Assembly: GCA_964342695.1 (NCBI GenBank)
Contig: CAYFFV010000001.1
Coordinates: forward strand, 25,335-89,334
Source of the DNA: an uncultured Vicinamibacteraceae bacterium
GTDB lineage: Bacteria > Acidobacteriota > Vicinamibacteria > Vicinamibacterales > UBA8438
DNA length: 64,000 nucleotides
Direction: 5' to 3'
This document shows, piece after piece, positions 58,051 through 64,000 of the stretch. The position numbers were made by a program, and so were the translations under genes. Every line of letters starts with the position of its first letter. Within the stretch, counting starts at the first letter, position 1. A model generated the notes under the pieces. That model was not told the DNA's origin and searched no databases. It saw only the letters and a program-made list of their open reading frames with translations.

Positions 58051-59208
58051 ATGAAAATTTTAGTTTCGTGTGGCGAACCTTCAGGCGACTTATACGCTGG
58101 GGCTCTTACGGAATCACTATTAGCGTTAGAACCTTCTGCCCGAGTTTACGGTTTGGGGGGGGAGAAGTTTCGTGCGGCTGGTGGTGAGTCGATTGAAGAC
58201 TATCGTGGTCTTACCGTGACTGGTTTAACCGAAGCACTCTCTGTGCTGCCACGGTCTTATTCGATTTATCATCATCTTGTTAAGGTGGCAAAAACTGAAC
58301 GTCCTGATGTGTTTGTGCCAATTGATTTTCCGGATTTTAATTTTCGATTGGCCAAGGCGATCTCTCATTTAGGCATTCCAGTTGTTTATTATGTATGTCC
58401 GCAACTCTGGGCGTGGCGGCGTGGAAGAATTCATGCCATGAAACGATTTGTTCAACGAGCCCTAGTCATTTTCCCTTTTGAAGAAGTACTGTATAAGCAA
58501 GAAAACATCCCTGTTGATTTTGTTGGGCATCCTCTTCTCGATTTGTGTCAGGTTACTAGCGATAAGAAAGGAATACTGCGTGAGAACGGATTTGATCCCA
58601 ATTGTCCTACGGTAGCATTGTTGCCCGGAAGTCGTCCGAATGAGGTTCAATCTATTCTTCCTGATCTAATCGATGCAGCATTGTTAATTCGACAGAGAAT
58701 TCCTAGTGTTCAATTTCTTATAGCTCGTGCTTCTGATCTAGATGATCGATTATTTGATCCACTTTCGGATCTATTGGCCACTGGTCAGTCAACAGTTGTT
58801 CTCGAATCTCAGACCGATAATGTTCTGAAGGCTTCAGATTTTGTGGTAACAGCATCTGGCACAGCAACGGTTCAGACCGCGATTCACGGCCGACCGATGG
58901 TCGTCGTGTACCGAGTATCCCCGGTCACGTATCGTTTAGTGCGTGCTTTTGCGAATGTTGATGCGGTTGGTATGGTTAACCTGATTGCTGGCCATAAGAT
59001 AGTACCTGAGCTTATTCAAGACGCATTTACGCCACAAGCAGTGTGTGACGAAGTTGTTAATTTTTTGTCGGATCCGGCTCGCGTGACTAAAGTCTGTCGT
59101 GAGCTCAAAATGGTTCGAGAGCAATTGGGTTGTTCTGGAGCCAGTCGAAGAGCGGCGGAGCTTGTGCTGTCAGAAGCACATCGAAATCATTCGCCTTTGC
59201 TTCAATGA
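58051..59208 (+). CDS. lpxB: Lipid-A-disaccharide synthase
   Basis: 385 aa. KILVSCGEPSGDLYAGAL, IDFPDFNFRLAK, ALLPGSRPNEV and ASGTATVQTA. Confidence 0.92.
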   Translation: MKILVSCGEPSGDLYAGALTESLLALEPSARVYGLGGEKFRAAGGESIEDYRGLTVTGLTEALSVLPRSYSIYHHLVKVAKTERPDVFVPIDFPDFNFRLAKAISHLGIPVVYYVCPQLWAWRRGRIHAMKRFVQRALVIFPFEEVLYKQENIPVDFVGHPLLDLCQVTSDKKGILRENGFDPNCPTVALLPGSRPNEVQSILPDLIDAALLIRQRIPSVQFLIARASDLDDRLFDPLSDLLATGQSTVVLESQTDNVLKASDFVVTASGTATVQTAIHGRPMVVVYRVSPVTYRLVRAFANVDAVGMVNLIAGHKIVPELIQDAFTPQAVCDEVVNFLSDPARVTKVCRELKMVREQLGCSGASRRAAELVLSEAHRNHSPLLQ

Positions 59209-59220
59209 GTATTAATTTTA

Positions 59221-60270
59221 ATGTTGAATTCATCTAATCTTAAAGCGAAAGCTCAATCATTAGGTTTTACTGCATGTGGAATCGCTCCAGCTGAAAATTT
59301 TATAGAACTCCGATTTTTAAAAGATTGGATTCAGCGTGGTTTTTCAGGTGAAATGCAGTACATGGCTCGCACTGCAGACAAACGGTCAGATGTTCGAAAT
59401 ATACTTCCATCTGCAAGAACGGTTATCGCGCTTGCAACTCTTTATAACGTGGACCGTCCGTATTCTACTGAGCAGGCAGATCCAAACTGCGCTCATGTAT
59501 CGCGTTATGCTTGGGGATCTGATTATCACGAGATTCTTAATAAACGTATGGAAGAGCTTCTTAAATGGATGCGGGAGACTACCGCGGAGTCCTTTGAAGC
59601 AAAAGTTTATGTAGATACAGGCCCGGTTCAAGAACGCGTTTACGCACAACAAGCCGGCTTGGGATGGATTGGAAAGAACACCTGTTTAATTAGTCCTGAA
59701 TTGGGTTCGTGGCTGTTTTTGTCAGAGATAATTTGTAGTTTGTCACTCGATACAGATTCTCCGGCTTTAGATCAATGTGGAGAATGTACTCTTTGTTTGG
59801 AGGCGTGTCCGACGGATGCCATTGTACAACCGTGGGTTATCGATGCGACGAAATGTATTTCATATTTCACTATTGAATTGCGCGATGATATTCCAGAGTC
59901 GTCGAGGGAGACGATTGGCACACATGTTTACGGTTGCGACATTTGCCAAGATGTGTGCCCATGGAATGCTCAAGCCGCAACTTCCGGGGATTCGGTATGG
60001 CAGCCAAACGCGGTGTTTGATCAGACAAGCTTGTCGGCTTTATGGTCTCAGCCGGATGAGGTGCTTCGACCCATTGTAAAACAAGGGGCAATGTCCAGAG
60101 CTGGACTCCGTGGACTTCGGCGTAATACGGCTGTTGCACTTGGTAACAGTGGTTTATCTCAAGCGGAGAATATTCTTGATGAACCGGTTCATGATAGCCG
60201 GTCAGATCCTTTAGTTAAACGTCACGTTATTTGGGCTCGTAATCAGCTTCAGTCTGATCGCAAAGAGTAA
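59221..60270 (+). CDS. queG: tRNA epoxyqueuosine(34) reductase
   Basis: 349 aa. GWIGKNTCLISPELGSWLFL and two 4Fe-4S motifs, CGECTLCLEACPTDA and CDICQDVCPWN. Confidence 0.92.
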   Translation: MLNSSNLKAKAQSLGFTACGIAPAENFIELRFLKDWIQRGFSGEMQYMARTADKRSDVRNILPSARTVIALATLYNVDRPYSTEQADPNCAHVSRYAWGSDYHEILNKRMEELLKWMRETTAESFEAKVYVDTGPVQERVYAQQAGLGWIGKNTCLISPELGSWLFLSEIICSLSLDTDSPALDQCGECTLCLEACPTDAIVQPWVIDATKCISYFTIELRDDIPESSRETIGTHVYGCDICQDVCPWNAQAATSGDSVWQPNAVFDQTSLSALWSQPDEVLRPIVKQGAMSRAGLRGLRRNTAVALGNSGLSQAENILDEPVHDSRSDPLVKRHVIWARNQLQSDRKE

Positions 60271-60299
60271 ACAGGAAGGTGTGAAGAGGGTCTAGTTTA

Positions 60300-60869
60300 A
60301 TGAATGAGATTTCTTCAAAAACGTTGGTCCCGTCGTTATTGGTTTCGATGCCTCAACTGAATGACCCAGAATTTTGTCGCACAGTGGTCCTCTTGTGTGA
60401 ATATCGAAATGAGGGTGCCTTCGGACTGATATTGAATAGAGATACACAGATTTTAGTAGCTGATGTTATTGATTTTGAACCTCCTATTAATAACCGAGGT
60501 CAAGACGCCCTAAAACTCTGGCATGGAGGACCTGTGGAGCCACAAAGCGCTTGGATTCTTATGGGACAGGAGCCCGAAGACGAAAACTCTATACGGCTCT
60601 GTGAAGGTGTTTATCTTTCGACATCAATTCATCTTTTGCGTACTTTGGTTGAAGATTGTTCACCTCCTGGAACACGGTTGATATCCGGGCACGCTGGATG
60701 GGAGGCCGGTCAATTAGAGGCCGAGCTGGCTAATTCGGCGTGGCTAATAGCTGATATAGACAAGGAGGTTCTCTTCAATACGTGCTCTTCGAAAATGTGG
60801 AAGACTGTAATTCGGCGCTTAGGTGTAGAGCCTGCACTTTTACAAATGGGTGGAAAACAAACACATTAG
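60300..60869 (+). CDS. YqgE/AlgH family protein (DUF179)
   Basis: 189 aa. LLVSMPQLNDPEFCRTVVLLCEYRNEGAFGLILNR and GHAGWEAGQLEAEL. Confidence 0.85.
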   Translation: MNEISSKTLVPSLLVSMPQLNDPEFCRTVVLLCEYRNEGAFGLILNRDTQILVADVIDFEPPINNRGQDALKLWHGGPVEPQSAWILMGQEPEDENSIRLCEGVYLSTSIHLLRTLVEDCSPPGTRLISGHAGWEAGQLEAELANSAWLIADIDKEVLFNTCSSKMWKTVIRRLGVEPALLQMGGKQTH

Positions 60870-60886
60870 GAAAGTAAGGAGTATTC

Positions 60887-61318
60887 ATGGCAAAGAGCAA
60901 AGATATTTTACGACGTAAACTGATTGACGGACTTAACGAAGATCTAAACCTTGAACTCGAGGCGGTGCTTCGTTATCTGTATCATTCTTCGGCGGCCACG
61001 GGTTTACTTGGGCATGCGCTTCGGCAAGAAATAGGACCTGATATTCAAGGAGAAATGACGCACGCAATTTTTCTGGCGGATAAGATTGCAGCTCTTGGCG
61101 GTAAAGTACACATAAACCCAAAGATGCCGAAGTCAGTTCGATCGACGGAACAAATGATGAAACTGAATATTGAAGCTGAGCACCGGGTGATTGCTAATTA
61201 CACTGATCGTATTCAGCAGGCGGAAGAGTATGGTGATAAGGGTTTAGTTACTCGACTTGAGGATATACGGGCGGAAGAAACCGATCACGCAGAAAGTCTT
61301 CAACGATTGGCTCGGTAA
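60887..61318 (+). CDS. Ferritin-like di-iron protein (bacterioferritin/Dps-like four-helix bundle)
   Basis: 143 aa. Candidate metal ligands in LELEAVLRY, GEMTHAIF, IEAEHRV and AEETDHAE (an E, ExxH, E, ExxH arrangement). Confidence 0.72.
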   Translation: MAKSKDILRRKLIDGLNEDLNLELEAVLRYLYHSSAATGLLGHALRQEIGPDIQGEMTHAIFLADKIAALGGKVHINPKMPKSVRSTEQMMKLNIEAEHRVIANYTDRIQQAEEYGDKGLVTRLEDIRAEETDHAESLQRLAR

Positions 61319-61393
61319 AGCGGTGTGAATCGCAGCTCTTTAATTAAGTTAGAAGATGAGAGTTTGGTCTAGGCATCTTACGAGTGACTTTCG

Positions 61394-62479
61394 TCAATCA
61401 TAGGATAGGCGCCGTGAGCGTCTAGGCGAATGTTCTGTTCTTTTGTTTTGATGATTTTCGATGGCTTGTTTTTGTTCTTCTCGTTTTTTTTCGAGGGCAG
61501 CTCTTTCTTTCTCTAGTCGGTGATAATGGTGCAGGCGATCAGACAATAGCCGTCCTGTCTTTACAGCTTCTTGTACAGCGCAACCAGGTTCGCTATCGTG
61601 TTGGCAATCTCGGAAACGACAGTTTGATTGAAGTGAATTGATGTCACTGAATGTTTCCTCTAGAGCATCAGTTGTGTCCCACAGTTTCAGTTCACGCATG
61701 CCGGGTGTGTCGATAATTAAGCCACCTTGTGATCGGATAAGCAGCTGCCGAGATACTGTTGTATGACGACCTTTTTGGTCTCGTTTCCGAACTTGCTGTG
61801 TGGCCTGTTTGTTGAAGCCTAGGAGTCGGTTAATGATTGTCGATTTTCCAACGCCAGACGATCCCAAAAATGCGACGGTCTTTCCTTTGTTTAAATAACT
61901 TTTCAGTGGGTCGATTCCCATGTCTTTCAAGCAACTAGTGGTGTGTACATTTACATCTAGGGCTATCGATTGAACAGCTAAGAGAGTTTCATCGAGAGAT
62001 TTACATAAGTCTGATTTGTTCAAGATGATCACTGGAGTTACAGAACTCTGTGCTGCAGCGACAAGGTAACGTTCTAACCGGCGAAGGTTGAAATCTCCAT
62101 CAAGGCCAGAAACAAGAAATACTGTGTCTATGTTCGCAACTATAATTTGACGTTCAGTAGGATTTCCTGCAGCTTTTCGAGAGAAGTTATTTTTTCTGGG
62201 TAGCACGGCCTTAATAGTTCCAGTCTGATTGTCATTAATTTTTATCGCAACCCAATCTCCGACGGCTGGAAGATCTTGGCTTCCGTTGGCATCGTGACGG
62301 AGCCCTCCTGATAACTCAGCTAAAAATTCTCCATCGGATGTAAAGACACGGTAAAAGTTGTTGTGTTCGATGCTAATGCGCCCTGGAACACAGTCGACGA
62401 TTTGATTGTCTTTAAAATGTTTTTCAAAAAATACATTCCATCCCAAGTCAGACAGTTCAATAGATTGAGTAGAAGACAT
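61394..62479 (-). CDS. rsgA: Ribosome small subunit-dependent GTPase A
   Basis: 361 aa. Circularly permuted GTPase with NKSDL before GSSGVGKSTIINRL, and the zinc finger CRFRDCQHDSEPGCAV. Confidence 0.92.
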   Translation of the reverse strand: MSSTQSIELSDLGWNVFFEKHFKDNQIVDCVPGRISIEHNNFYRVFTSDGEFLAELSGGLRHDANGSQDLPAVGDWVAIKINDNQTGTIKAVLPRKNNFSRKAAGNPTERQIIVANIDTVFLVSGLDGDFNLRRLERYLVAAAQSSVTPVIILNKSDLCKSLDETLLAVQSIALDVNVHTTSCLKDMGIDPLKSYLNKGKTVAFLGSSGVGKSTIINRLLGFNKQATQQVRKRDQKGRHTTVSRQLLIRSQGGLIIDTPGMRELKLWDTTDALEETFSDINSLQSNCRFRDCQHDSEPGCAVQEAVKTGRLLSDRLHHYHRLEKERAALEKKREEQKQAIENHQNKRTEHSPRRSRRLSYD

Positions 62480-62481
62480 AT

Positions 62482-63588
62482 TTAAAACTCTGTGTGCTCA
62501 TCCCACAAAGACGGAAGATATTGTGGGTTGGTTTCGTTTGCCATTTTCGGGTTGAGCAGATTCTTTACACTTACGCCCAAGAGACGAATTGGCCTTACGC
62601 CGGCCTCTGTTTTTTGAAGAAGAGTTATTGCACAGTTCGTAATTGATTTCGGACTAGATAACGGCGACCGTTCGGTTTGGCTTCGCGTGATTGTATTGAA
62701 ATCAGAATAACGAACCTTAAGAGTTACTGTACGCGCAGCTAGATTCTTGTGTTGAAGCCACTCTTCTGCACGTGCAGCCATGCGTTCTATCTCTTGTGTG
62801 ATCTGATCAATATCTGTTAGGTCCTCAGAAAAAGTATTTTCACAACCGTTTGATTTGATTACGCGATCTGGTGTCACAGGTCGGTCATCTTGTCCATGTG
62901 AAAGTTTAATGAGCCAGTCTGATTGCCGTCCAACAATATTTTTTAGTTCAGAGGCTTTAAAGTTCCTAATATCGACAAGCCTGATTATTCCGGAGCGCTT
63001 TAATTTTTTTGCTGTCACTGGTCCAACGCCCCATAATGCTTCAACTGGAAGATTCTGGAGGAACTGTTCTACTTTCTGAGTCGGCACAATCGTCAGCCCG
63101 TCTGGTTTTTGCCAGCCCGACGCAATTTTCGCAATAAATTTTGTAGAAGAGACACCTGCGGATGCAGTTAATTGGGTCGCATTAAATATTTGTTGCTTTA
63201 ATTTTTTTGCGATCGGAGTCGCAAAATGTTCACCCCATTTGTTGTTTGTCACGTCAAGATATGCCTCATCAAGAGAAATTGGTTCAACGAGAGGTGTGAC
63301 CGATCGATAGAGAGAAAAAATATGAGACGAAATCTCACGGTATTTTTTAAAATGAGGTCTTATAATCGTTAAGTCAGGACAAAGTCTTAGCGCTTTTGAC
63401 ATTGACATGGCCGACTTCACGCCAAAGGATCGTGCTTCATAACTAGCCGCTGCAACAACACCACGGCTTTCAGGGCGCCCTCCTACAGCTACCGGTCGAC
63501 CCTTGAGTTCGGGATTGTCGCGTTGCTCGACTGATGCGTAGAAGGCATCCATGTCGATGTGGATGATTCGGCGGGATGCTGAAACCAC
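62482..63588 (-). CDS. dinB: DNA polymerase IV
   Basis: 368 aa. IIHIDMDAFYASVEQRDNPELKGRPVAVGG, SLDEAYLDVT, and the HhH region LWGVGPVTAKKL. Confidence 0.95.
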   Translation of the reverse strand: MVSASRRIIHIDMDAFYASVEQRDNPELKGRPVAVGGRPESRGVVAAASYEARSFGVKSAMSMSKALRLCPDLTIIRPHFKKYREISSHIFSLYRSVTPLVEPISLDEAYLDVTNNKWGEHFATPIAKKLKQQIFNATQLTASAGVSSTKFIAKIASGWQKPDGLTIVPTQKVEQFLQNLPVEALWGVGPVTAKKLKRSGIIRLVDIRNFKASELKNIVGRQSDWLIKLSHGQDDRPVTPDRVIKSNGCENTFSEDLTDIDQITQEIERMAARAEEWLQHKNLAARTVTLKVRYSDFNTITRSQTERSPLSSPKSITNCAITLLQKTEAGVRPIRLLGVSVKNLLNPKMANETNPQYLPSLWDEHTEF

Positions 63589-63655
63589 AGAGAAAGTCTA
63601 CTACACTGGAATGAACGAATTTTATGCTTAACTCGTTTTATAGTCATCTTTGAAA

Positions 63656-64000
63656 ATGTCTGGAAACGAAACGAAAAAAAAGATCTCTGCTGGAGCGTGG
63701 CAAGAAGCCAGAGAATTAGTTTGGCGCTATCGTAGACGATTGTGTCTTGGTGTTTTTCTAATGCTGATCAGTCGACTGTCTGGACTTGTACTGCCCGCAA
63801 TGTCGCAATACATTATCGACGATGTAATTCCTGATGGTAGGGGAGATCAATTACTCTTGCTTGCCGGGGTCGGTCTCGGTGCCACTGTGATGCAGTCAAT
63901 AAGTTCATTTTCGTTGTCACAGTTGTTAGGAGTGGCGGCACAACGGGCAATTACTGAAATGCGAAAAAAGGTGATGTCTCATGTTACGCGGTTGCCGATA
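63656..64000 (+). CDS. ABC exporter, fused permease/ATPase type (MsbA-like), N-terminal part only; runs off the right edge
   Basis: Manual translation from ATG at 63656 gives MSGNETKKKISAGAWQEARELVWRYRRRLCLGVFLMLISRLSGLVLPAMSQYIIDDVI...AAQRAITEMRKKVMSHVTRLPI. This is the typical first two TM helices and intracellular-loop pattern of type I ABC exporters. The frame stays open to the window end. Confidence 0.8.
   Translation, partial: MSGNETKKKISAGAWQEARELVWRYRRRLCLGVFLMLISRLSGLVLPAMSQYIIDDVIPDGRGDQLLLLAGVGLGATVMQSISSFSLSQLLGVAAQRAITEMRKKVMSHVTRLPI

Noticed and set aside
1-64000. Searched by eye for CRISPR-like repeat arrays, rRNA and tRNA genes, transposase, integrase or phage genes, and toxin-antitoxin pairs.
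   Set aside because: I saw no regularly spaced direct repeats, no tRNA-sized gaps with T-arm or acceptor features, and no ORF with recombinase, transposase or phage hallmarks. Nearly all intergenic gaps are under 150 bp. A covariance-model scan (tRNAscan-SE, Infernal) would be the definitive check.

Overview
This is a gene-dense 64-kb chromosomal segment with about 60 protein-coding genes. I recognised no rRNA or tRNA genes, CRISPR arrays, transposases, integrases or phage genes. lpxB, a TonB-dependent receptor, Tat components and DegP point to a diderm (Gram-negative-type) bacterium. The style of rpoZ, the TonB receptor and DUF1684 loosely suggests an Acidobacteriota-like lineage, but that is a low-confidence inference. 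Most of the window is core housekeeping:
- tatA-tatC, a C-terminal processing protease and smc.
- The classical rimP-nusA-infB-DUF503-rbfA-(DHH phosphoesterase)-truB-rpsO-pnp string on the minus strand.
- A long minus-strand string: M24 peptidase, degP, NDUFAF7-like methyltransferase, CYTH, sugar-nucleotidyltransferase, kinase, asnS.
- ymdB-xseA-xseB-ispA-tlyA-nadK, gatCA, nfo and acnA.
- An uptake trio (AtoE-like, OFA-type MFS, TonB-dependent receptor).
- An M16 peptidase pair, then lpxB, queG, yqgE/algH, a ferritin-like gene, rsgA, dinB and the start of an ABC exporter.
The only multi-gene block that looks like a poorly understood system is at 45.7-51.9 kb. It is a tightly coupled six-gene cluster: a divergent MoxR-type AAA+ ATPase, a DUF58 protein, an orphan secreted/membrane protein, a vWA membrane protein, a helical membrane-anchored protein and a second vWA membrane protein. 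This is Bat-like. The gene architecture is known but the mechanism is not, and this MoxR is atypical. Smaller observations:
- A promoter-like element followed by an intrinsic terminator directly upstream of rimP-nusA-infB, a possible leader attenuator.
- An unusually long 446-bp non-coding gap at 25.2-25.6 kb.
- An eIF-2B-family protein that appears to lack the isomerase catalytic Cys.
- An AmgK/MurU-like pair embedded in the asnS string.
- Two insertions in SMC.
All functional calls come from reading the translated ORFs for family motifs. No database search was possible, so start codons and the family names of the less conserved proteins are provisional.
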